This document shows positions 40,259-53,910 of a stretch of DNA of 64,000 nucleotides, one piece after another; positions within the stretch are counted from its first letter, which is position 1; every line of letters begins with the position of its first letter. The notes beneath the pieces were generated by a model that made no database searches, was not told where the DNA came from, and worked only from the letters and a program-made list of their open reading frames with translations. Origin of the DNA: the human T2T-CHM13v2.0 reference genome, Homo sapiens. The stretch lies in the NCBI RefSeq assembly GCF_009914755.1, contig NC_060933.1; one strand, given 5' to 3'. The position numbers and the translations under genes were made by a program.

Positions 40259-42967
40259 TAAGTATGAGGCACTAAAAAAATAACAGTCACAAAGTTTGTG
40301 TGTCAGAGGTGTGCTTGCTGATCATTAAGCTTCACTATAGGTTGAAAGTTAATTGGCTTTGCCGGGGAAGTCCCCAAAATGTAAACATGTGAAGGGCTTG
40401 GGTGAGGGTTTCTCCAGAGAATTCTGGCTGAGGACTGATGTTGGGGAATGCTGGTGTGTTGCTTTTACTTAATCCTTGTTTAAGTTCTTTCACTTCACTC
40501 TGCCCTACACTGTGCCTGGTGCTTAGTCCTCTTTGGTCTCTGGTTCCCATTTTCTGGAGACTATACCTTCTGCCTCCTGCACAGGGTGGGGATGAATGGG
40601 GACTGTTTCACCAAGGGCTTTACTGCTCTGATCACTGACTGTGTGTATCTTTGCCTTATCCCAACAGTACCTGGTGCTTCCAGAGTCTGAGCCCCTCTTA
40701 GGGATCCTAATGGGCTGATAGACTGACTCCCCCCTTTCCTACTTACTTACTTAGTTTATAACTTCATTGCTGGCAATTACCATCCCTTCATTATCTTTCC
40801 ACATTCTAAAATTTCATTGAAATATATCACACCAGTAATCCCAGCATTTTGGGAGGCCGAGGTGGGAGGATTGCTTGAGCCCAGGACTTCGAGATCAGCC
40901 TGGGCAGCATACTGAGATCTTGTCTTTGTTTCTTTATTTAAAAAGAATAAGAAATATATTGTCCACTGCTACCCCCTTTCCTTTTATTGCTTTAAAGATG
41001 AATACAGTTTTAATTCTTTATTTTTAAATTTTTATTATTTTTTTTGAGACAGGGTCTTGCTCTGTAATCACGGCTCACTGCAGCCTCGACCTCCTGGGCT
41101 CAAGTGATCCTCCTGCCTCAGCCTTCTGGGTAGCTGGGACTACAGGCACGTGCCACCACACCTGGCTAACTTTTTGTGTTTTGTAGAGATGAGTCTCAAC
41201 TATGTTGTCCAGGCTGGTCTCGAAATTCTGAGCTTAAGCAGTCCTTCTGCCTCAGCCTCCCAAAGTGCTGGGATTATAGGCATGAGCCATTGCTCCTGGC
41301 CTTAGTTTGTTTATGATCATTTTAGTGGGCTTTTGGGAAGAAGAGATGGTAAAGACATTTTAGTGTGTTAAATGAAATTCTCCCTTTGAAAATTCTAATG
41401 GACTTCAATTTATTCCACAACTGTTGATGAAGACCAGTAAGTGTAAAGCCAAGAGTCAGGCCCTGGGGATTTAGAAATGGGCATGACATGGTAACTGACC
41501 TCTCTGCAAGCTCACACTAATGTAATGTGATAAGTACTTTGCCAGCAGTGTGACTAAAGCTCTGTGGGACCACAGGTGGCAGTGTGTCCGCTGAGTTGTG
41601 CACACACATTAGCAGTGGGTTAAAAGGAGGTTTATGGAAAGACTTGGTAGAAGCTGTCTTGAGGTTAGGCTTGAGGGCCACATAGGTACAGAAAGGACTG
41701 CCACCTTCTGAGGCCTGAGAGCATGCTGAGACTCTTCAGAAGCTTGAGCACTAATATTTGTCTCCTTTCACAAACGTACTTTCCCTCAAACACTCATATT
41801 TAATTTGGAAAGATTTCATAATAATTCTCATTTTTGTCTAGTTTCTACTTGGTTACAAATATGGAGCACTTCAGTCATCGAGTATGAAAATCCCTTTTTA
41901 TGCCAGAGTCAACCTTTGCCCCTGCAGGAAGTAAATTTTACTATTCTTTTATTGAAAAAATAATGACAAATGGCTACCATGAATGCAGTTAATGGTGTTT
42001 AAAAAGTCATATCTAGATTACTCCTAAGAGCCTTATATATATTTGAAAATGGTACCCTGGAGTAAATAAATTTGGTGAGTAACTGGAGAAACTAAACACT
42101 GTTATAATTTTGATGAGGGATCCTTTCAAACCTTGTCTGTCCGTTTGGGGTCTGCTGGATTAGCCTGTTGCCTGTTTGATTCATGAAACATTTATATGAA
42201 GGTGACATCTTATTTTGTTTGTCCCTGTTCAAGAAAAGTATCATCTGTTAGGATAGATGATACTTCTAAATCATCCATTTAAAATCAGTCATTTAATATC
42301 CCGTGCATCTTTAAAAAATATTGTAGAGCATGTACAATTAATAAATATATCTTTTTTTCTTATTTATTTATTTATTTAGAGACGGTGTCTCGCTGTGTCA
42401 ACCAGGCTGGAGTGCAGTGGCGCAATCTTGGCCCACTGAGACCTCCGCCTTCTGGGTTCAAGTGATCCTCCTACCTCAGCCTCCCAAGTAGTTGGGATTA
42501 CAGGAATGCACCACCACACTTGGCCCATTTTGTATTTTTAGTAGAGATGGGGTTTCTCCGTGTTGGTCAGGCTGGTCTTGAACTCCCGACCTCAGGTGGT
42601 CTGCCTGCCTTGCCCCCCAAAGTGCTGGGATTACAGGTGTGAGACACCTCACCCGCTGTTTTTTCACTTAATTCAGATGCTTTAAATAATTAACAGTCGT
42701 ATGTTCATTATTTGCTAACCTAACACCCTGTGCTGGATATTTGGTAGGTTGTCCCTAAAATTTATTACAAATGATGTTGAGATGGATATATTCCTATACA
42801 TAAATATTGGTTTGCATTATTATTATTTCTTCAGACTAGTTTCCTAGAAATAGGTAACTGGATCAAAGAATCTGAGCAGTTTTCTGGATTTATGCCATGT
42901 TTACCTAAAGCATACCAAATAACATTTCCACCAGTAGGGTATGTGAGAGTACTGCATGTATGTTTAA

Positions 42968-43251
<284 letters not shown>

Positions 43252-44715
43252 TGAGCCACCGCACCTGGCTAGATATGATTTTATTAACATTTGTAATGTG
43301 CAGTATTCTGGGTGTATGCCTGCATCCCACCAGGCATTTAGGAGGCATTATGAGAAGGGCAGGCAGTTGAAGAATAGTCCTGACTCCTTCCTGGCTGGGG
43401 AATGTCATGTGAGAGCTGGCATTGCTCTGTGGCTGTTGGTTTCTTTAGCCCAGGTTAAAGCCCGTCTCTAAAGAGGGAGACACAATCTTAGACCTGCCAA
43501 GTGGCTAGACTGGTGTGATCCAATCCCTGTGCCTTATTGTGACTCTTGTACCATAATGACAGCCCTGTGCTTGGGCTGCTGAGTGTGTGCTGTGGGTGAG
43601 ATGGTTAAGCACCAACAGAATGGGCTCTGAGGCCTATAGCCATCCTGGCTTTCCCCAGCAGACTTTGAGGAGAGCATCTGGTTACATCTGTATAATTTCG
43701 AACTTGCTTCTAGGACAGAGGGCTTCCTACCACCTAACCATGCTCCCTCTCCCCACCAATAAAACAAGGAAATAAAAAAATTTTTGTGTGAACATCTTCC
43801 CTGGTTCTTGGGACCTGCGCCAAGCTGTAAAAGGGCTTGTGACCTCGTTCCTGTGGTCAGTGGGTCCTTTGGCCTGGGAGTGTGCTGTCTTCCTGCCTTG
43901 GGCTTGATTTGTGATCAGAAGTGGTGGGGGAGTTAATCACGGCACTCTGTACGCCTATCCGACTGGGGTTAGTAAGTTCCAGTGGCAGGGAGCAGGCTGC
44001 CTGTAGCTGGTGGGCAGGTCCCTAGAGTCCAGATTCCAGTCTGTGGGATCCAGCCTGGTGTGGCTAGTATGCCTTCTGTCCTGGCACTGTAGGATGGCAG
44101 CTTTGGCAGGAAACGAAGCACAGTACATGATGTAGGGCAAAGGTGTGGAGTACCCTCAAAACCCTGGGTTCCTGAGCTGTCCAGGTTCCTAAGCTGTCCA
44201 TGCATGGGAACCACACTCACAGCCTCTGCCGAAGAGTAGAGACTTTGGGATAGAGTTAGCTCCAAAGTGGGAGTATTTGAAGTGAAAAATGACGCCTCAG
44301 AACTGATACTTCAGCCTGGGAAAGGGATAATGCTGGAGAGAAATCGCAGCCAGCTTGGACATCAGTCCCGGGGGCAGCCACAGCTTCTTTCTTCAACTCA
44401 AATCCTGGAGATTTGGGCATGCAAGGGCCTGTCGTGTTGTGGCGCTTTCTCAATCACCAAAGTGGGACTAGGGCAGAGCAGGACAGCCACAATTGCAGGT
44501 GACCTCCCACCTTTTTCCCTCTCAGCTGGCACTCCCCTACCCCTCTTTGTTCCTTTTCAGGGTGTCTGACCAGCAACCTGGCGATTTCTTCCAACCTGAC
44601 CGCTTTTCTTGGGGCTTGAATAGTGTCAGAAATGCCAACCCCTGGACTAGGCTGCCTCAGTGACTTCTTTGGGGGCCCAGGTCTTCTTGCCTTAATCTTC
44701 TTGTTTTTCCACTAG

Positions 44716-45270
<555 letters not shown>

Positions 45271-45594
45271 TGACATTTTCTGACTTGGGCTGTTTTCTTA
45301 GAGTAGCCGCCTGCCCAGGCTGTGGAGTTGACCATTCTGGTGGGCGTGTCAGCTGTGGCTGCAACTCCTTTGGAAAATGCCTGCTCCTGTTTAGAAGGCT
45401 GTGCCTGTGTTCATTAAAGAGTCACTGGGGTCCTGTTGTGTTGGACACAGTCAAGGCACAAAATCAAATCCTATCCAGTATCTGACGGCCTGGGTGGGGC
45501 GGAGAACGGACTTCACACACTAGTTTGTTGAGGTCTCTTGGAAAGCACAGCAAAGAGCAGCAGTAGGTGCTAAACCCCTTGTTTCTTTTCTTAG

Positions 45595-45696
45595 ATTCTC
45601 GACTATCTCTTTGCACATGGACAGCTTTGTGAGAAGGGCTTCGACCCTCTTTTAGTGGAAGAGGCTCTGGAAATGCACCAGTGTTCAGAAGAAAAG
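45595..45696 (+). CDS. UBAP1: UBAP1 exon 6 (102 nt; [34 protein letters not shown])
   Basis: Acceptor ttttcttag, donor AAG|gtggga; carries the KGF UBA motif. Confidence 0.96.
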
Positions 45697-46328
45697 GTGG
45701 GAATCTTCATGTTTCTTGGGAACCCTCTGGAAAAGGAGGGACCAAGTATCCATCCTGGTTTTCTCCCTTGGCCCACACACAACCTTTTTGCTTTGCCAGT
45801 GACTACAGGTACAAGTATTTGAAGGGCAGAATCTCCCAAGTATTCAGACAGGCCGAGGCCTGCGTTTGGCTTGGTGGTTGAAGCATTGGGTTGAAAACTT
45901 CAGAATCCCAGTGAAGGGAAGGGAATATTGGCCTGGGCTAAAAGCCAAACTTCTTAGATGATTAGGGAGGGAGATTGCTGGACTTTTTGCCTAGACTGCT
46001 CTTTGAAGAGCAGCCATTTCTGGGTTCAGTATCCTTCCTTGGTGGGAAGATGGATGTGGGTGGTGGGACCCAGACAGAGCTCAGCAACAGTGAGCTGGGA
46101 CTGGGCTGACTCCTGAAGGTTGATGGCCGTCACCAAACCCGTTTGCCTTGGCTTCCACCACAGCCCACCTCTGCTTGCTAGGGGACCTTATGGAGACTCA
46201 CGGGGCTCTGGGGGAAGGATGTAGACATTCTGCTCTCCCCCAGTCCCCGTCCCACACACACACTCCTTCACTCAGCTGTGCTGTGACCCCACCCTTTTCT
46301 TTAATCTGTGTTCTCTTCTCTCCCTTAG

Positions 46329-46469
<141 letters not shown>

Positions 46470-47460
46470 GACCAGGCCCTGCCTAGGCCCTGCCGCAGAA
46501 CCACCATCCCTGGGAGGCCCTGCAGAGCCCACCTGTGGGGAAAGAGAAGGGGCAGCTTCCGGATTTTCTTTTGGGGGTTAGAAGGTCAGGTGTGGAGACT
46601 GCTCGCCAGTCTCTGTGAGCCTAGGCCCTGAGCTGGGGAGGTGGGGAAGATTCGGGCATGTGAGTGCCCCCAGAACTGTCCTGGCTCCTTCCGTATTAAA
46701 CGCATTTGCATTTTGAGAAGTGTCCTTCCCACTTCAGCCCTCCGGAGAGACTACCCTAGTCTTTCTGGGGTGTTTATGTCCTCAGCTGAAGCCTGGCCTA
46801 GTTGCTGAGAGGGGCTGGGGAGATGGGGCGGGAGGGCCAGACTCAGTGCTGCTGTGGAGCTAGGTGCTTCCCCCTTCCCCTCAGACTGGTGGACTGAACT
46901 CCAGTCAAGTTGAGTTCAAGTGAAAGATTCTTCCAGGGTTTTATTTTTTCCCCTCCTAACAAAGTCTCATAGTGTTAACACTGGTTCTGCAATATCTCTG
47001 AGGTGCAAAGAATGCACTTTTCCCTATGGGGCCCAGAGTTTGCCTTTTCTGCCAGGCAGTCACCACGCTTCCCTACCCCAGCCTGTTTCTTTTGGCTTGG
47101 TTTGGACCACAGTCCTCTGCTACCCAGGGTTTTAGAGCCCCTGCTCTAGGAAACAGTTTAAGAAATCATTGGCCCCTTCCCAGCACATTGAATGGGTAAG
47201 CAGACAGGCCATGATTTAGTTGGCCAGCACTAACTCCACCTCTGTTCTCCTTGAACAGCTTCCCCTCCAGCCCACTGCTTTAGGATGACACAATGAATAA
47301 CACCTAGTCATAGAAATCAGTCTCTCTGGTTTGTTTTGTATTATGTTGTACATCATTAAAGATCTAAATACAAAGGATATACAGTCTTGAATCTAAAATA
47401 ATTTGCTAACTATTTTGATTCTTCAGAGAGAACTACTAATAAAAATCTAAAAGGTATGTC
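46470..47460 (+). other. UBAP1: UBAP1 3'UTR (~1 kb)
   Basis: Runs from the stop codon to the AATAAA at 47438 and the GT-rich downstream element (gtatgtcttggtgtg). The end coordinate is inferred. Confidence 0.85.
47438..47443 (+). terminator. UBAP1 polyadenylation signal AATAAA
   Basis: Canonical hexamer with upstream TGTA motifs (47337, 47347) and a GT-rich downstream tract. Weaker ATTAAA hexamers occur at 46695 and 47355. Confidence 0.85.
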
Positions 47461-47476
47461 TTGGTGTGATAACTTC

Positions 47477-47482
47477 TTTATT
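47477..47482 (-). terminator. Candidate KIF24 polyadenylation signal (AATAAA on the - strand)
   Basis: tttatt at 47477-47482. A variant AATACA lies further downstream on the - strand at 47337-47342. Confidence 0.6.
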
Positions 47483-48025
47483 ACCAAGGCTGTTTTATGG
47501 GAGTGGGGGGGCCATGTGGTGTATAAAGAGATTTCTTGCTTAGATTTGCTGGGGATAGAATAGGACCTAACCGTTTTCTATTTCGGAGCTTTCTTCCCAC
47601 TTCAGACCTGTCCTCGTTTTTGGTTTGCAAAGGCAAGCCTAGACTGAGTCTTTTAAACCTGGCCCAGCTCCGTCTGTGGACCAAGGACGTAGGCCTTCCT
47701 GACTGTGGAGTTGGGATAGGCTGGGCCTTCAGGGGGATCACCCAGTAAAAGAGGAAGAAGCCCTTTTACTGTGAGCAGCAGGCATTTATGCATCATTTGC
47801 CACAAGCAGAGGATGGGATTTAAACTGTTTCACCAGCTCTCAGTGGTGCTGTTGTATATGATGATAGAATAGGGTTCATTCCTAAAGTAAGTAAGTTTTT
47901 GTCCTTGACCTTAATACTGTGCCATTGTCCCACTTGAGCTTTTGGCTAGACTGGGTCTTTGAAGGTTTTTAGTGATCATGTGAGGGAGGGGCCGCAGTGC
48001 CCTGCAGCCGGGAAGCACCAATAAG

Positions 48026-48058
48026 GATGCCCCCTGGCGGTCAGATGAGGCACTGTCA
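48026..48058 (-). promoter_or_regulatory. Candidate CTCF site with upstream motif
   Basis: The - strand reads TGACAGTGCC-tcatctga-CCGCCAGGGGGCATC, matching the CTCF core and a ZF9-11 upstream-motif-like element at canonical spacing. Confidence 0.7.
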
Positions 48059-49312
48059 GGCTGACAAAGGGTGACTGGACCAGGCTGCTAGTGTCTCAAG
48101 AGAGCCATTTAACCCTCTTCTTGGCCTTTTAATTAAGCCCTCCTTTTAAAACCGTAAAAAGTTATCCTTTATCTGAAGGAAATAAAGGCTCACATAGTAA
48201 TGGGCGTTCGGGCCAAGGCCGTGACTCATGAATCTCCATTTGACCCAGAGTGGCTTTAAAGTAATTGGCACCTGGAGGCTACTTTGTCTTCCCTGTCCTG
48301 AGCTGCTTCCTGCTAAAAAGATACACAGCAGGCAGAACTTGGCTGAAGGTTTGTGTGTGAATTCTGTTTCAGAGGCCTCAGACTGTTGAACAGAGCACTC
48401 TGTTCAACTGCCAAGGTTCCCAACACAGACCCCTGAGAGGCAGGGTGGCTGGGCAGGGTGAACTGGATGAAGGCCAGGCTAGGAGATGGACTATTCCATG
48501 AGGGGGCTGGGTAGTGAGGTGTCCCAGATAGGAGCCAGGAGCTGCCATGGAAGCATGAGAGTATCGGGCATTGTACAGAGGCCTTTCACCCGAGCAAAAG
48601 TCAGGAGAAAAATTGATGTGTGACACAGGCACCCTCTTCTGCCTCAACACTGGATTGCAGGAAGGGAAGGGAGCTGTAAATATAAGGCCTGTCTCACATC
48701 TGCTGCTGTCAGTGACACATCAAGTCAAGGTTTATGCTATTTACATTTTCAAAAACGCCTCTAAATCCCCAAATCAATCTCCAAGGGCTGATGGGGCAGA
48801 GCTCACCCCACCCCTGTCCCCCTAGCACCAATGGTTAAGTTTGGGCCAGTGTTTAGTCTTCTAAGTTAGGCACAGAATTCAGCTGGTGAAGCCTCTGGTC
48901 TCAGCATGTTGTCTTCTCTGTCTTGTGACCTCTGACCTCTAGGCTACCACTGACCACCCCATCCTCTGATCCCCAAACTTAGAAACTTCAGGGTTATTAG
49001 ACCCAAATATATTCCCACAGGCAAGGGGTTAGTTAATCATATTCTCTAGGCACAAGGGAAAGGCATTAGGTTCTTCGGCCTGGCCCACCCTTGGAGGCAC
49101 TCCTGTGCATGGAACTGAGGGACAGGGGCCTGTCCCTGAGGGAGAAGCTGGGACCTATCTGAAGCCACGTGGGGCTGGGGTGACGCTAGCATAGGCAGGA
49201 CCAGCGTGTGGGTTCTGGTGTGTGCAGGGAGGACCTGGCAGAGGCTCCTCCAGCCTGAGAGCCCAGCACAGACTCCTGCAGGGCCCCCACCATCTCGGCA
49301 CAGGGTCTGGCT

Positions 49313-49453
49313 CTAAGACGGCACTGTTCCCTCAGGGGCTGCGGTGGGCCCGTGGCAGGTGAGATAGAGCTGCAGCTGGCTCCTCAGACTCTGGATACAC
49401 TTGGATTTCAGAACCATGATTTCATCCAGCTGGGTCACAAAATCTTCAAAATC
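49313..49453 (-). CDS. KIF24: KIF24 last coding exon (DFEDFVTQLDEIMVLKSKCIQSLRSQLQLYLTCHGPTAAPEGTVPS*)
   Basis: Acceptor cag at 49456-49454, TAG at 49315-49313, 141 nt. ORF track 49313..49579. Confidence 0.95.
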   Translation of the reverse strand, partial: DFEDFVTQLDEIMVLKSKCIQSLRSQLQLYLTCHGPTAAPEGTVPS

Positions 49454-50004
49454 CTGAGAAGGAAACAAGGGACGAATACAGCTTTTGCTCTTGCTGGCGC
49501 TCTGCCAGATCTGCTTTTTCAGTCCCTCCTCTGGCAGGAAAGTTTCAGAACCCAGGCCACTCTTCCAGCGGGAGAACATGTAGGATAGTTGCTATGGCAC
49601 AGGGTGGGGCCTGCTGCTCTGCATTCGAGACACTTTCCAAGCAGAGGAGTATTTTGTAAGGCAGAAGGGTATTTGGTAGAAATACCTACGTGTGGTAGGC
49701 AGCAGACTGGTCACTGTTAGTCACAGGGAGGGGCCCCGACAAACCGCTAGGAAGGCAGAGCAGCTGAGGATAGAGGCTGGAAACATTTTAGCCTGGAAAA
49801 GGCGAGTGTTGCACCATCTCCCACCTGTACCTATACTCAAGATGTCTCAAAGGCGTGGCAAGAGGAGGTGTGAGGCCTCAGTTATGGTTAGTGTGTGCCA
49901 GGAGACCCTTTCCCCACACACAGCCACAGCAAACAAGGATGACCATCAAATTAGCTGCAGGCTAATTCCCAACAGCCTGTGAGTGTCCAGCCAGGGCTAC
50001 TTAC

Positions 50005-50098
50005 ATTAGAAGCCAGCTGGCTCATCAGCGTCTCCTCCTTGAAGCCGAGCTCAGCCATTTCATCCAGCTGTTCCTGGTGTGCTCGGATGACCACCTGC
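50005..50098 (-). CDS. KIF24: KIF24 penultimate exon (QVVIRAHQEQLDEMAELGFKEETLMSQLASN), kinesin-13-type C-terminal coiled coil
   Basis: Acceptor ttcccag, donor AAT|gtaagt. 94 nt, phase 2/0, fits both neighbouring exons. Confidence 0.94.
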
Positions 50099-50667
50099 CT
50101 GGGAACACCAGAGAGAACACTGTGATCTTCCTGGCCTCCCAGCCTCTCCTGGGTAGCTTTCTGGAGGTGATCTCATTTGTAAGCTGAGAGCTGCCTCTGC
50201 CGAAAATGGTCAAGGTTTTCACCAAGGCCAGCTTACCAACCAGCTCCCCCTCACCTGCTCTTTCTCAGGATTAGGTAAGGAATTACGGAGTACCAACGAG
50301 ATACAGGGAGGGAGACAGGGGCTTCCCAAGTTGTCTCCTGCCTCCCCAGCTGTACTGAGGGGGCAGGGCTGGGTGCTGCTGCTCTTCCACAGGAGCTGCC
50401 CATTTCCCACAGCTTCCCTGCAGAAAGGCTCTCAAGGCTGTGACTGCAACTGGCATACTTGGCACAAGATGGAGCCTATTGCCTGGTCTGCTATCATTTC
50501 TACTTCCTGTGGAGGGCCCGGGACCAAAGCAGAGGGTTGGAGCTAGAAGCAGACTAGCTCACCTGCGTACCCCTGCATGGCTTCTCTTTGTCCATGACAA
50601 AACAGTAAGCTGGAGTGGAGGGTGGGTGCCAAAGGGGCTCAAGTCTTAGGGAAAGTGTCCAACTTAC

Positions 50668-52914
50668 TGCGCTTGCTCCAGGGTGGGCTGACGGAGTGTC
50701 CCTGCAGTCTTGGGAGAGCAGCTGGGAACCAAGGGAGAACTTGGCCTTGCTAAGCACCTTGAGATCGGCCTGGGTTTGAGCCATGTGACATTTTCACTGT
50801 TGCAGGGCAACTTGATGGGGTCTGTGGACAAACCAAACTCCTGCCAACCAAGCCTTGTAGGATGTTTTCTCTCCTGGGCCCAGAGCTGGTCAGCCACATC
50901 ACTACTTCCTGTTCGTGGGGTGAGTGTAGGTCCAGAATGGGGTACCCCCATATGTATGGTGGTGAAGGGCTTTCCTGGGAAACCCCAGGAGCCATCCAGC
51001 CCCGTCTCCTCTGCATCAGCATCATACTGCTCACTACCCATGTGTTCGTGGGAGAAAAGTACAGTCTCTCTGCTCTGGCAGGCCTCTCCTAGGTCTGCCT
51101 CCCTGCTGGGCAGCTTGTCAGCTGGGTGCTGACGGATGGGTGATGGGGACAGAGCTGGAAGATCACCACCAGGCTTATTATCAGGGGGAGATGAGGACAG
51201 CCACAGGTGCCTAGTTGCTGAAGACACTGGCAAGGCTGCCTCTTGATCACCAGATGGCACTGTGTGGCTCACAACTGGGCCTCCTGTGCTCTCTGCCACT
51301 AGACTGTGCGTAGCCCCATCCTGGACCAGCTGCTCCGAGGGAGGAGACCCTTCGTTGTCTGGGTTCTCCAGGAGGGACATGGTGAGGGGAGACATGAGTC
51401 CAGAAGCATATTCAGCATGCGTGCCTAACTGCCCCCTAGGATCCTCTCCTGGGACAGCATGACCGTTTTTCACAGTGCTGGTCACCTGGATTGGGCCGTC
51501 TGCACTGACTTCTCTCAGAGGTGTGGTGACTGTGTCTCTTTGGTCTGGGGATCCAGGAACTGCAACGTGGGACAATGAGATAGTGAAACCATCTTCCTCT
51601 GGGGATGGCAAGTTGCCCTCATTCTCCCCAGAAACCTCACTTTGGGAGGCATCCTTTCTGAGATCAAAGGAAGAGCCTCCACCTCTTTCCTGTCTATATA
51701 TGAAATCTACCTGTGAACAGTATGGCTTCTCTGCCAGGCTGTCTCTGGGAGAAGGCCCTGAGGAAGTAGAGTTCTCTCTGCTCCAGTCCACGGGCCCCTT
51801 ACTTGGGCTGCAGCTGTGATCGAGTGCTGCTCTTCTGTGGTTTATGGGGTCCCTGGAGTCCACCCAGCTTTTAGTTAGATCTTTCTTGTCACCTGTCCTG
51901 GGGCTAGAAAACAGACTCTGCTGTCTTTCTGCCACCTGCTTCTCAGGACCCTGTCCCCACGTCTGGTGCAGGAAGAATGAGTCTTCGCTATTCTCCAGGG
52001 TGTTCCTTTGCTTTGTGGCCCTCTGACTAGAGATGTGTGAAAAAGAATCTTCACTGAAATCACTGTCATCAAGTTCCTCTACTTGGGCTCCATCATGGTT
52101 TTCAGAGTAAGAGTGGAACAGAGGCGGAGTCTCATTCGTGAGCTGACCCTCTGGGGGCCTGTACTGGCGTAAAGACCTTTTCAGTGGTTGGTATTTTAAC
52201 TTCTGTTGGAGGAGAGGTGGCTGTTGGAACTGCTGGTGATAGAAACGCAGATGTTCCTCCCTCTCCTTCTGATGTGGCGGGATGTTTGTCCAAGCTTCAG
52301 AGGCAGGCCTAGCAGGCGTGCCCCTCTGGCTGTCTTGACTGTACTCAGCCCTGTGGTGGGCGTTGCCAAAGGAGAGCTCAACTCGAGACACAAGCTGCTT
52401 CTGTACTGGCTGCACTGTCTGCACTTTCTTGCACTTGGTGGACAGCTTACCACGCACTAGGCCTTCTCCTGGGCCTGAGGCCCTGCTTTCCCACCCAAGG
52501 ACAGTTTTGTTGCCCATTCGATTTTTCTCAGAGCACAATGGTGCTGACTCTTCTGGCTTTTTTTTGGCCACATGTCCAGAGCGCACAGTTCCTTTCACAG
52601 GGCTAGCATGAATGACCCACTCTTGTGAAGGACTCCCTCTGGAGCCACCCCTTTTACCAGAGACCTTAGGTGCAGAAGTAAAAGGAATGTTGGGTGGGTG
52701 GCTGGTCAGAGGATGGACCTTCCCTCTCGTGGAACCAGGGGCTGCCACTGTGAGTGACTGCTGAAATCCCAGCTTGACTTTTTTGGGAGAACATTTGTCC
52801 TCTGACAAAGCCCCAGGGGAGCTCTGAATTCGTTTTGGAGAGGAGTTTCCAGATGTCCGATTTCGACTGGTAACTGAAGTGCAACACTTAATGCCTTTCT
52901 TTAGTTCTTTGACC
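50668..52914 (-). CDS. KIF24: KIF24 large tail exon (2247 nt), Ser/Pro-rich and probably disordered; includes the IPFTS site (T621/S622, recalled as a NEK2 target) at 52679-52674
   Basis: ORF track 50664..52928; acceptor tttacag, donor CA|gtaagt. Counting back from a 1368-aa C-terminus (length from memory) places TS at 621/622. Confidence 0.96.
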
Positions 52915-53772
52915 CTGTAAATAATCATTTTATGTTAAATGTGTATTTTCACATGTTCTGCAATTCCTTTTCTATAGCTTTCTGGGAAAACAAAAACCAA
53001 AGAAAAGTATTACAAGGATTGGGAGTTATTTCTTTATCTGGGATAGAATAAGAGGAAAAGGGAACATTCTGTTTCAGCATGAGATATCCCTCTGTACCTG
53101 AATGAAAAAGAGCAGTGTTGGCTGGTTGTAGTGGCTCACATCTGTAATCTCAGCACTTTGGGAGGTTGAGGCAGGAGGACTGTTTGAGCCCAGGAATTCA
53201 AGACCAACCTGGGCAACAGAGCAAGACCTCATCTCTACTAGAAATAAAAAAATTAGCCAGACATGGTGATGCGTGTCTGTAGGCCCAGCTACTTGGGAGG
53301 CTGAGGCGGGGAATATTGCTTGAGCCCTGGAGTTCAAGGCTGCAGTGAGCCATGATCACACTATTACACTCCAGCCTGGGTGACAGGGTGAGACTCTGTC
53401 TTTAAAAAACAAACGAGAAAGAACAGTGTCTTCTCTGAGGATGTAAGCATGCACCCAACATTCCATGATCAGAAGAAGCCTTTTGGAAATCACCACAGCC
53501 CCATGTAAGGGACAGGCCAGAGACGCCAGTCTCAGAAGTGCACTGTGTTTATGCAGGGCCCACACTGCTTCCTGGAGAGAGGCCAACTCAGGAGTTCGTG
53601 TCCACCACTTACCTGCAATTCCACAGAGTCCTCTTTTTCTGCAAACCACCCCCTTTCAGGCTTCTCTAGGAAGATGAGTTCCCTCAAACCTGCTGGGACC
53701 TCAGGAAGCAAAACCTCCAGAAATACACAGGCTTGTGCTCATTCCATGAAAGGAAAAATGACTTGTCTATTC

Positions 53773-53910
53773 CCAGGGTTTCTCAACCTTAGCACTATTG
53801 ACATTTTGTACCAGATAATTATTTCTTGAAGGATGTTTAGCAGCATCCTTGGCCTCTGCTCACTAGATGCCAGTAGCACTTCTTCCCAGTCATGGCAATC
53901 AAAAACATCT
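53773..53910 (+). mobile_element. MER20 (hAT-Charlie) fragment
   Basis: cagggtttctcaaccttagcactattgacatttt...cactagatgccagtagcac. Confidence 0.8.

Larger units (their letters stand above)
47460..49312 (-). other. KIF24: KIF24 3'UTR (at least ~1.85 kb)
   Basis: Lies between the TAG stop and the - strand poly(A) signals; repeat-poor. Confidence 0.7.

Noticed and set aside
41568-41585. CTCF-like ccacaggtggcag
   Set aside because: The 5' half does not align with the consensus; more likely a simple E-box (CAGGTG).
50095-50101. Tandem CAGGCAG acceptor in KIF24
   Set aside because: The alternative AG shifts by 4 nt (a frameshift); only the upstream AG preserves the conserved coiled coil.
50710-52887. 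Antisense and alternate-frame ORFs over the large KIF24 exon
   Set aside because: Typical shadow ORFs of a GC-rich coding exon, with no independent support.
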